Shown piece after piece: positions 1 through 7,188 of a stretch of 20,000 nt of DNA; the first letter of the stretch is position 1, and each line of letters begins with the position of its first letter. The notes under the pieces were generated by a model. That model saw nothing but the letters and a program-made list of their open reading frames with translations, had not been told where the DNA came from and searched no databases. Position numbers and translations under genes: made by a program. The DNA is from an uncultured virus (IMG/VR IMGVR_UViG_3300008107_000141) (taxonomy: Duplodnaviria; Heunggongvirae; Uroviricota; Caudoviricetes), in IMG/VR virus record IMGVR_UViG_3300008107_000141. One strand, written 5' to 3'.

Positions 1-2
1 TT

Positions 3-107
3 AATCCAGTTCAGATTAAAGACGGAATGATTGTTCGTTTAAGAAAAGACGGTACTGTTAAGGCAGTTCTTGGTAAATACGGCGAGTATAACAAGAAAGA
101 TAAGTAA
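3..107 (+). CDS. 3' end of hypothetical protein (partial; ...NPVQIKDGMIVRLRKDGTVKAVLGKYGEYNKKDK)
   Basis: Open frame from the window edge to TAA at 105-107, overlapping the thioredoxin ATG (TAATG). Confidence 0.65.
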   Translation, partial: NPVQIKDGMIVRLRKDGTVKAVLGKYGEYNKKDK

Positions 108-358
108 TGAAAGAACTAATACATTTTACAGCGGAATGGTGTAATCCATGCAAAAGAATGGCACCAGTTATAGATGAGTTTTTAAAAAATAATACAGATA
201 TTCACTATGATAAGGTTGATGTTGATACAGAATTTTATAAAGCCGAGCAATACAATGTTCAATCAGTTCCAACTTTAATATCAAAAATTGACGGCAAAAT
301 TTATGATCGTGTTTCTGGCGTTGTATCTGAATTTAAATTAAAATCAATGTTTGGTTAA
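107..358 (+). CDS. trxA: Thioredoxin
   Basis: FTAEWCNPCK active site and cis-Pro motif SVPT; 83 aa thioredoxin-fold pattern. Confidence 0.92.
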   Translation: MKELIHFTAEWCNPCKRMAPVIDEFLKNNTDIHYDKVDVDTEFYKAEQYNVQSVPTLISKIDGKIYDRVSGVVSEFKLKSMFG

Positions 359-502
359 ATAATCTTTTATTAATTCCATAATTTGGATCGTGTACTTATC
401 ATAATCTATTTCAATAATAAGATTGCCATCTATCAATTTATGTACCTTTATTTCTTTTCCGATTTCAAACAGTATATCTTTTATATCATTTTCTAAACTC
501 AT
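344..502 (-). CDS. Small hypothetical protein, 52 aa (MSLENDIKDILFEIGKEIKV...)
   Basis: Hand translation: ATG at 502, TGA at 344-346; fills the gap after tRNA-Thr. Confidence 0.6.
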   Translation of the reverse strand: MSLENDIKDILFEIGKEIKVHKLIDGNLIIEIDYDKYTIQIMELIKDYLTKH

Positions 503-505
503 TTG

Positions 506-577
506 AGCCTCCTGTAGGATTTGAACCTACGACAACCCGCTTACAAGGCGGGTACTCTACCCCTGAGTTAAGGAGGC
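506..577 (-). tRNA. tRNA-Thr(UGU)
   Basis: Minus strand has acceptor GCCTCCT/AGGAGGC, anticodon arm CCCGC-CTTGTAA-GCGGG and T-loop TTCAAAT; no encoded CCA. Confidence 0.95.
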
Positions 578-970
578 AATCCATTTACCAATGATTGATG
601 CAATTAATGCATAAGACTCAAACTTAGCCTTTGTTGTACCTCCATGAGATGTAATAGCATTCATTCTAAGTTGTGCAGGTAATCCAGTTAAGTTAGGATC
701 GTCTGCCATTTCAGTATATGGATACCAAACATTGTTTTGTGCCATCAATGCTGCTGCTGTAAATGCTGCATTTTTTTCTACCTCATCTGTAACGCCAGCA
801 GAAATCATAGCAACAATATCTTGATTACCTGTTGCTAATGCTGCTGCAAGTGCGAGGGATGAAGCATAATCATAATCTACAGTACTTCTATTAATGACAG
901 CATCAAGATTTAACTTAATGTCTTTAGCATATTCAGGAACAAGTTCCTTGACTTCATCTACCCAAGTCAT
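557..970 (-). pseudogene. ahpD: Alkyl hydroperoxide reductase AhpD, C-terminally truncated at the catalytic CxxC
   Basis: PEYAKDIKLNL, AAALMAQNNVWY, LPAQLRMN and FESYALIASIIGK match actinobacterial AhpD and the gene lies downstream of ahpC. Where C-x-x-C should follow, the frame reads WIASLTQG* through the tRNA gene. Confidence 0.85.
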
Positions 971-1536
971 AGTGTTTCTCCACCAAGGCTTCTATTGCAT
1001 GCACAAAGTTCTCCTGTTTGAAGAGCATCAAGAATACGTAATGTTTCTTCTGGACTTCTTCCGACATTAAGATTATTTACAGTTACATGTTGAATAACAT
1101 TATCTGGATCAATGATAAATGTTGCACGAAGAGCAACACCATCCTCATTTAGAACACCAAGTTGAGTTGCTAAACCAGTGTAGCCTTCTTTATCATCCCA
1201 TTGAAATTCACGAACCTGATCTGCAAAAGACCAAGAATTGGTTTTCTTTAGATCTTCATGTGCATTACGCCATGCAATCTTGCAAAACTCATTGTCTGTT
1301 GATCCTGTTAATAATACTGCATCACGATCATTGAAATCATTAACTAACTTATCGTATGCCACAATTTCTGTTGGACAAACAAAGGTAAAATCCTTTGGAT
1401 AGTATACAAGGACCTTCCATTTTCCTGGAAACCATTGTTCATTTAATACTTCAAAAACATCATCAGCGCCATCCAGTCTTCCTGGTTTTACTCCGACAAT
1501 ACGAAATGGATTTAATTTATATCCAATTGTTTTCAT
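967..1536 (-). CDS. ahpC: Peroxiredoxin AhpC (2-Cys, actinobacterial type)
   Basis: YPKDFTFVCPTE peroxidatic motif, RATFIIDPD, GRSPEETLR and C-terminal GELCACN; ATGA overlap with ahpD. Confidence 0.95.
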   Translation of the reverse strand: MKTIGYKLNPFRIVGVKPGRLDGADDVFEVLNEQWFPGKWKVLVYYPKDFTFVCPTEIVAYDKLVNDFNDRDAVLLTGSTDNEFCKIAWRNAHEDLKKTNSWSFADQVREFQWDDKEGYTGLATQLGVLNEDGVALRATFIIDPDNVIQHVTVNNLNVGRSPEETLRILDALQTGELCACNRSLGGETL

Positions 1537-1562
1537 TATATCTCTTTCTTCTATGTTTGATC

Positions 1563-1634
1563 AAAAATAGGGGGTGTAGTGTTGCAACATAGGCTATAAG
1601 TGTTTCCCGACAAATATAGGCTAACTACACCCTT
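1563..1634 (-). ncRNA. Candidate structured leader/small RNA upstream of ahpC
   Basis: TGC-TATAAT promoter (-10 at 1641-1646), 9-bp closing stem GGGTGTAGT/ACTACACCC (1572-1580 and 1624-1632), internal hairpins and a T-tract. Confidence 0.45.
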
Positions 1635-1658
1635 ACTACTATTATAGCATTATAGGGG

Positions 1659-2093
1659 CTATACTGCAATATCGGATACCTTATATGAACTAGGATAATG
1701 CTTTATAGATCCATCTGTAGACACTAAAAATTTTTCAAAATTCCAACCAATATCTCTTCCCCCAGTAGCCTTCTCCTTGCAATATTTATATATTGGGTGG
1801 GCATTTGGACCATTAACCTCTATTTTTTCAGAGATGGCAAATGTTACTCCGAAGTTAGTTGTACAAAATTGCTTAATTGCTTCATTGGAGTCTGGCTCTT
1901 GGTTGCCAAATTGATTACAGGGAAATCCAATAACGACTAACGAATCACTTTGTGCCTTTTGTAAGTCTGCATATTGTGAGGTGTACCCACATTTGCTTGC
2001 TGTGTTTACAATAAGAATATTTTTATCCTTAAAGTTTTTTAGTTCTACAACATTTTTGTTGTTGTCTATAAATGATAAATCATATATGCTCAT
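1659..2093 (-). CDS. gpx: Glutathione peroxidase family protein (Cys type)
   Basis: All three signatures present: VNTASKCG, GFPCNQFG and WNFEKFL. Confidence 0.93.
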   Translation of the reverse strand: MSIYDLSFIDNNKNVVELKNFKDKNILIVNTASKCGYTSQYADLQKAQSDSLVVIGFPCNQFGNQEPDSNEAIKQFCTTNFGVTFAISEKIEVNGPNAHPIYKYCKEKATGGRDIGWNFEKFLVSTDGSIKHYPSSYKVSDIAV

Positions 2094-2097
2094 AAAA

Positions 2098-2140
2098 ATT
2101 CTCTCCTATGTTCTATACTAAGTATATCATAGGAGAGAAT
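2098..2140 (-). promoter_or_regulatory. 13-bp perfect inverted repeat covering the gpx RBS, with an extended -10 in its loop
   Basis: ATTCTCTCCTATG (2098-2110) / CATAGGAGAGAAT (2128-2140); minus-strand TGA-TATACT with the hexamer at 2121-2126. Confidence 0.65.
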
Positions 2141-2163
2141 GGTTTTTATTAATAACTAATTTA

Positions 2164-2967
2164 TTAAACAGCAACTAGTTCGTCTGCATTGACATATGCT
2201 GGATTAATGATTGATTTTTCTCCAGCCATCAATCTTTCGATATGGTCACGGATAACAGCATTTTCCTCATTGAAAATGTATTCAGATCTATCTGGACCCA
2301 TTTTTGGATCTTGTCCTTTTGCTATTAGATCTTCTTTGAGTGTACGCTCAACATCCCAGTTCAATGTTGTAGCAGGATAATGCTTAACCACATATCCATC
2401 TTTATCAATTAAATATTTTTCAAAGTTAGCATTCATCATGAATCCGCCATTATGTTCATTTAAATATCTTGATTCATAATCTGTTTTTTCAACTATACCA
2501 AGTTCTTTTTTCTTATTCATTATTTCCAAAATTTGTCTTGAAACTTCTAGATATAGTTCATGTCTTTCTCCAAAAGGCTGTCCATTTCCGTTAAGTCCTG
2601 GTCCTTTTCCTAGCCATGGTGCTTCTAGTGGGATTTCTGCGGGATTTGATGTAATCATTTCTGAAAATGGGAACGTAACACCATAAACATCTATTCCGTA
2701 ATTCTTTGAGTCTAAACCACAAGTGATACCTTTTGACCACTTTCCTTTTGTAATGCTAGGACCACAGAAGTCATTTGTTGGAATTGCAACAACAGTAAAG
2801 TCATCTCCAGCAAGATCTTCCTGAATCCACTGAATAGACTCCATTTGACCAGCGTTTCCACAACCAACTGTTGTGTTGATAAGCAATACTACTTTGCCTT
2901 TAAATTGCTGCAAGAAGTGTGATTCTCCTTCAGCAGACTCCAATTCGATATCATATATAGATTTCAT
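2164..2967 (-). CDS. Divergent, enlarged glutathione peroxidase-like protein
   Basis: FKGKVVLLINTTVGCG, VVAIPTNDFCG, YGVTFP and NFEKYLIDKDGYVV follow the GPx pattern with insertions; GGAGG SD. Confidence 0.8.
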   Translation of the reverse strand: MKSIYDIELESAEGESHFLQQFKGKVVLLINTTVGCGNAGQMESIQWIQEDLAGDDFTVVAIPTNDFCGPSITKGKWSKGITCGLDSKNYGIDVYGVTFPFSEMITSNPAEIPLEAPWLGKGPGLNGNGQPFGERHELYLEVSRQILEIMNKKKELGIVEKTDYESRYLNEHNGGFMMNANFEKYLIDKDGYVVKHYPATTLNWDVERTLKEDLIAKGQDPKMGPDRSEYIFNEENAVIRDHIERLMAGEKSIINPAYVNADELVAV

Positions 2968-3008
2968 CGATTACCTCCTATAGGTTATGAGATTATTATA
3001 GCACCCTT

Positions 3009-3716
3009 TTAGCAATCGTCTTTTGTACTAAGTACTATATTATTATCAGACCAGCACTGACCATATAGCGTGTGCCTTGAGTTTGGTCCAAGAACTTTTG
3101 TTACTCTGTGGGTAAATTCTTTGCCAATCGGAATATTTATTAACATGCCAGCCTTTGGCTTTACTATATAGCCTTTTTTAAATTCTATGTAGCCACCTTC
3201 AAAGTCATCATTCAGGTATATTGAGTGTGATGCAATCCTACTACCAGTAGCACCTGTATCTTCCCAGTGCCAATCCATAGCATAGTCAATATCTTCTGCG
3301 CTATCGGGGTTAGATCTAACTGCAAACATTTCTGCATTGCCAAGAGACATACTTTCGTCTCTATCTCTTTTTATTTCTTCGTCTGTACAATATTTGAATG
3401 TTTGAATCCCGCTGTTTGGTGCGTATCCTTCTGGAAGTACAGATCTCAGTCTTTCAAATATCCCCTCTGGGCCGCTAAAAATATCAAAAACTTCTTCTAT
3501 AACTGGATCATCTTGGTTTGGAATTGCAAGTGTGCCATCTTCATCATATCTAGGCTCACTCATAGGCCATTTGTTTAATATGTTTTTATATGGAGAACGC
3601 ATAGTTGTGTACCAATGGTTTGGATCATCACAATATTTTTTTAATAAAGACAATTCATTTTCTTTTAGAAAGTTTTCTATGTACCATAATCCTTCATCTA
3701 AATATACTTTTTCCAT
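3009..3716 (-). CDS. 2OG-Fe(II) oxygenase (prolyl-4-hydroxylase-like)
   Basis: IENFL N-terminus, WHWED, IYLNDDFEGG, KPKAG, HRV...R. Confidence 0.85.
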   Translation of the reverse strand: MEKVYLDEGLWYIENFLKENELSLLKKYCDDPNHWYTTMRSPYKNILNKWPMSEPRYDEDGTLAIPNQDDPVIEEVFDIFSGPEGIFERLRSVLPEGYAPNSGIQTFKYCTDEEIKRDRDESMSLGNAEMFAVRSNPDSAEDIDYAMDWHWEDTGATGSRIASHSIYLNDDFEGGYIEFKKGYIVKPKAGMLINIPIGKEFTHRVTKVLGPNSRHTLYGQCWSDNNIVLSTKDDC

Positions 3717-3719
3717 AAT

Positions 3720-4403
3720 TTAACAATCATCCTTTGTGCTTGCTATAACTATTGAAGGGTCTATGTAGGAGTTTCCGTAAAGAGTATGTCTTGAGTTTGG
3801 ACCCAAAACCTTATTAACTCTGTGTCTATATTTGTGGCCTCCAGGAATTACAGCAAGCGTTCCAGCCTTTGGCTTTAACTTAATAGGAACTTCAGCAAAC
3901 TCTAATTCTCCACCCTCGTAATCATCATTAAGATATAAACTGAAGGAGCATACAATGTTTTGTTCATGACCTGGATCTTCATGCCAATACATAGCAAAAT
4001 CTATATTTTTATCATCTATATTATATGAATTTATTATGTCCATATTTAAGTTTTCTTTTATCTGATCATCTGTCATATATTTAAAACTTTGGAGTGTGGC
4101 ATGTCTGCGGTATGATGGAGGAAGAACAGACTCAAGCCTTTGCCATACGCCATTTGGTCTTGTAAATACTGGAAGATCTATAACTTCAGATGTTTCGTTT
4201 GGAAATTCTATATTTCCATTTTCGTCATATTTAGGAACAATATTTAAAAATTTATTTAGTATATTTTTATAAGGCGACCTCATTGTTGGATACCAGCCAA
4301 GTTCGTCGTCTGTCTGTGTTTTGAACCACTCAAGTTCTTCTTTTGTTAAGAAATCTTCAATGATCCAAACCTTTTTGTCTTCATCTAGATATATTTTTTC
4401 CAT
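3720..4403 (-). CDS. 2OG-Fe(II) oxygenase, paralog of 3009-3716
   Basis: HED, LYLNDDYEGGEL, KPKAG and HRVNKVLGPNSRH; leaderless start (TGG-TATCAT-N6-ATG). Confidence 0.88.
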   Translation of the reverse strand: MEKIYLDEDKKVWIIEDFLTKEELEWFKTQTDDELGWYPTMRSPYKNILNKFLNIVPKYDENGNIEFPNETSEVIDLPVFTRPNGVWQRLESVLPPSYRRHATLQSFKYMTDDQIKENLNMDIINSYNIDDKNIDFAMYWHEDPGHEQNIVCSFSLYLNDDYEGGELEFAEVPIKLKPKAGTLAVIPGGHKYRHRVNKVLGPNSRHTLYGNSYIDPSIVIASTKDDC

Positions 4404-4433
4404 ATGGATATGATACCATAGTTTTGTTTCTGA

Positions 4434-4583
4434 TTATACTTTAATTACTGTTTCCCAAAAAGCGATTGCTCCTGATATTGTAGCATTTTTTGTAATCACA
4501 AAGGCAACAACAAATGAAGAAAGAGTTCCCCATATGCGGTAACTTAGTGCCTTAACAAATGATCTTGCCCTAGTTACTTTCAC
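4434..4583 (-). pseudogene. DUF2061-like membrane protein, apparently truncated (49 aa)
   Basis: GTG start, MKVTRARSFVKALSYRIWGTLSSFVVAFVITKNATISGAIAFWETVIKV*; stops before the usual YYxHERxW motif. DUF2061 often neighbours APS kinase. Confidence 0.6.
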
Positions 4584-4625
4584 GAAGGCCACTCAATTTT
4601 ATCATTGCCTATTTTATCTAATATT

Positions 4626-5384
4626 TTAGATGCCCATTTCTTTACGCTTTTGCGTAGCCGATATAGCATGAATATTTGCTCCCAAATCTACTTGTTCAAT
4701 CTTATAGCCTACATCACGACCATAAACAATATTTGTAATATTTGGCAGTCGTAATACTAATGTATCCTTAAATGGATTATCTTGCTGAATATATGTTGCA
4801 ACCTCATCATACTTCAATGGATCCTTTTCTGATGTCTTGTATGTATTGCGAACACCTACTAATACCTGCTTAGTTCTTTTGTGAGCCTCTTCTTTGAGAG
4901 CCTGATGCCCTTCATGCCAAGGCTGATATCTTCCTAACTGAAGAGTTGTTGGGGCAGACCAATCAAACAAGGCGCCCGCCTGTATTACAGTGTCTACTTC
5001 CTGCTCTAATGTGTATCCGTCTAGAATTCTGATATCAAATCTTTCTGGATCTTGCCACATTTTATTTGTATCTTCAAATCTACCTTGCTTAATTCTGTCT
5101 ACCCAAACAACAACATCTGCTGGGCCAAATGCCTCTCTGGTTTCTTTAGTAGGACAAACAAAGTCAACAATGACAGGAGCAACGCCCTGATTTGCAATTA
5201 GCCTTGCCATCTCTCCCATGCGACGAGCATGCTCAATCCTATCTTCGGCGGTAAATCCAAGATCAGAATTAACTGTAGATCTTACCTCATCAGCATTAAG
5301 ATGTATAGCATTAATTCTTTCTTTAAGTGCCGTTGCAAGTGCAGTCTTACCAGATCCAGGCAAGCCTATAATTTGTATGATCAT
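4626..5384 (-). CDS. Adenylylsulfate kinase-like P-loop kinase fused to a cytidylyltransferase-like (HxGH) domain
   Basis: GLPGSGKT, LNADEVR, DLGFTAEDR and DFVCP (CysC-like); C-terminal GRYQPWHEGH and ISATQKR. Confidence 0.85.
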   Translation of the reverse strand: MIIQIIGLPGSGKTALATALKERINAIHLNADEVRSTVNSDLGFTAEDRIEHARRMGEMARLIANQGVAPVIVDFVCPTKETREAFGPADVVVWVDRIKQGRFEDTNKMWQDPERFDIRILDGYTLEQEVDTVIQAGALFDWSAPTTLQLGRYQPWHEGHQALKEEAHKRTKQVLVGVRNTYKTSEKDPLKYDEVATYIQQDNPFKDTLVLRLPNITNIVYGRDVGYKIEQVDLGANIHAISATQKRKEMGI

Positions 5385-5408
5385 TTTGTTCCTCCAAAAC
5401 CATTATAG

Positions 5409-5480
5409 CACCCCTGGCAGGAATCGAACCTGCGACAAACGGATTAGAAGTCCGCTACTCTTCCGCTGAGTTACAGAGGT
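5409..5480 (-). tRNA. tRNA-Arg(UCU)
   Basis: Acceptor ACCTCTG/CAGGGGT, anticodon arm GCGGA-CTTCTAA-TCCGT, T-arm GCAGG-TTCGATT-CCTGC. Confidence 0.93.
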
Positions 5481-5484
5481 ATTG

Positions 5485-5556
5485 TATCTCCAACGGAATT
5501 CGAATCCGTGTTGCTGCCGTTGAGTTCGGGGCCTTAACCAACTTGGCTACTGCTCC
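5485..5556 (-). pseudogene. Chimeric pseudo-tRNA (5' half Met/Ile2-like, 3' half Glu-like)
   Basis: D-arm and T-arm are intact, but acceptor strands GGAGCAG/TGGAGAT and anticodon strands CCGAA/GGCAG do not pair; loop CTCAAC is 6 nt. Confidence 0.75.
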
Positions 5557-5564
5557 ATTATTTA

Positions 5565-5593
5565 ATTATAGTTTGTATCGTACTGCTTGTCAA
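5565..5593 (-). promoter_or_regulatory. Consensus sigma-70 promoter for the tRNA cluster
   Basis: TTGACA (5588-5593) -17 nt- TATAAT (5565-5570), 8 nt from the tRNA 5' end. Confidence 0.8.
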
Positions 5594-6567
5594 ATACCGT
5601 TGTCTTCAAGTCTTCGTAATATTTCTGCGGTATCTGGATCATTAATCATTTCTTCTATAGCAGCATTAACTGATGGTCTTGTTTCTGGCAGGGTATATAA
5701 ACGATTTTTAGTAATCTTATACAACAACTTTCTAATTCTTTCACAATCGTCATGTCTCCACCATGTATAACAAAATAGCCTATCTTCTGATTGAACTATG
5801 TTTAAACAAGTTTTATATTCTTCAATAATTTTATCTATAATATTTTTTTGTGCTTTTTTACAGTCATCACAAAAACAGTCACAGTCTTCTAGGTTATGAC
5901 ACAAACTCATTCTATATTTAAGAACTTCGCTAAAAATTTCGTCGTCCTGACTTAACATTAGGTGACTATTGTCTGTTTTATAATCTGTAAATCTAAAAAA
6001 AATCATCTTGACAAACTCTTGATCTTTAAATTTTTTAAAAGGCCTCCAATGAATTATTTCATTAGGATTAAAAATTAATGCTGAGTTGTCTTCAAGTTTG
6101 TAAACTTCTAAATTTAATCCCAACTCCCATTCAGTATTAGATTGCAACTGAAAGTTTATAATTAAATCTGTTTCGCAAGAATCAAAATGCGGTGGTAAAT
6201 TTGGTTCGCCATGTTTATTACTATATTCAACACAACTTATACCACTTAGTTTTAAATTTTTATTTGTTTTATCTTTTAATAAGTCGTTGAGTTTTTTTAA
6301 AACTTCTTCTGTTATTTCTATTCTTCCAATTCTAAACCTGCCAAGATCTGGATCTGGGCCTATTCCGCTTACATCTTCTAGGCTGGAGTCTCCATGAAAA
6401 ACAAAATTTTCATCAAATTCGTTTCTTTTTTGATTAACTTTTTCATAAATGTTTTTTAATTCTGTATCTGAAAAAACATTTTCTATTTTCCAAACATTTT
6501 TATTTTTTACGCATTCGTTGTAAAAAATAGTCAAGTCATACACCCTTTGCCTTTTTAATTGCTTCAA
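5590..6567 (-). CDS. 2OG-Fe(II) oxygenase-like domain fused to a Cys-rich ~105 aa C-terminal domain (start uncertain, possibly TTG at 6534)
   Basis: PNLPPHFD, HWRP and FVKMIFFRF are shared with 7798-8439; extension begins MSLCHNLEDCDCFCDDC. Confidence 0.75.
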   Translation of the reverse strand: MKQLKRQRVYDLTIFYNECVKNKNVWKIENVFSDTELKNIYEKVNQKRNEFDENFVFHGDSSLEDVSGIGPDPDLGRFRIGRIEITEEVLKKLNDLLKDKTNKNLKLSGISCVEYSNKHGEPNLPPHFDSCETDLIINFQLQSNTEWELGLNLEVYKLEDNSALIFNPNEIIHWRPFKKFKDQEFVKMIFFRFTDYKTDNSHLMLSQDDEIFSEVLKYRMSLCHNLEDCDCFCDDCKKAQKNIIDKIIEEYKTCLNIVQSEDRLFCYTWWRHDDCERIRKLLYKITKNRLYTLPETRPSVNAAIEEMINDPDTAEILRRLEDNGI

Positions 6568-6721
6568 TCACAAGCATTTTCATGCCCAAGCCATTTAACT
6601 TTCCATCAGATATATCGATTGCCTCAATGTCAGCAATAATTTTATCTTTTACAGCCTTTACAACTTTATGAGTTCCGTTACAGACTGGGTACTCAGTTGA
6701 AAATCCACATCCACATGCCAT
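6536..6721 (-). CDS. CDGSH-type iron-sulfur domain protein
   Basis: CGCGFSTEYPVCNGTHK matches C-x-C-x2-S-x3-P-x-C-D-G-S/T-H with D changed to N; AGGAG SD. Confidence 0.8.
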   Translation of the reverse strand: MACGCGFSTEYPVCNGTHKVVKAVKDKIIADIEAIDISDGKLNGLGMKMLVIEAIKKAKGV

Positions 6722-6733
6722 AATGCATCTCCT

Positions 6734-6997
6734 TTAGTATACTATTTCTTGATCTATTATTATATCAAATATATCACTAAGGTGTTTTTCTGGCACATCA
6801 TGAAAATAGTATGACCCATCTTCTTTAATGCTCCAGCCACGCCAACCATCTTCTTCACACCAAAAAGCAGAAGCAGTTTTCATAGATTCTGGATCATTTA
6901 GTGTTCTAGTAATTGAATTATGCCAATCTACTTCAGCAAAAACTGCAAGCCTAAGTTTTTCCCAAGAAAATATAAATTTAATTATGTTATCTAGCAT
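6734..6997 (-). CDS. Hypothetical protein
   Basis: 87 aa ORF in a co-oriented run. Confidence 0.65.
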   Translation of the reverse strand: MLDNIIKFIFSWEKLRLAVFAEVDWHNSITRTLNDPESMKTASAFWCEEDGWRGWSIKEDGSYYFHDVPEKHLSDIFDIIIDQEIVY

Positions 6998-7157
6998 GGC
7001 TGGTCATGCTTTGCAACGATGCGCTTAAAATTTCTGCTCTTTTTGCAATTTGTTGGCGCTCAAACTTAGAAAGATGTGGTTTATCTTTAAGCCTCTTTTT
7101 ATTTTTAGCGTAACGCTTTGCCTTATGTTGTGATACTTTGTTGTTAGTTTTTTTCAT
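6987..7157 (-). CDS. Small basic hypothetical protein, 56 aa (MKKTNNKVSQHKAKRYAKNKKR...)
   Basis: Hand translation; preceded by TTGACC-17-TATGAT-N6-ATG leaderless promoter. Confidence 0.7.
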   Translation of the reverse strand: MKKTNNKVSQHKAKRYAKNKKRLKDKPHLSKFERQQIAKRAEILSASLQSMTSHAR

Positions 7158-7188
7158 ATACTAATCATACCATAGCCAACCAATAAGG

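Noticed and set aside
506..600. Stop-codon read-through or recoding restoring AhpD
   Set aside because: Sequence past the junction is the tRNA gene and no CxxC tail follows. TAG and TGA act as normal stops elsewhere in the window.
5485..5556. UCA in the loop suggesting a tRNA-Sec or opal suppressor
   Set aside because: Acceptor and anticodon stems do not pair, the loop is 6 nt, there is no long variable arm, and both GPx genes use Cys codons.
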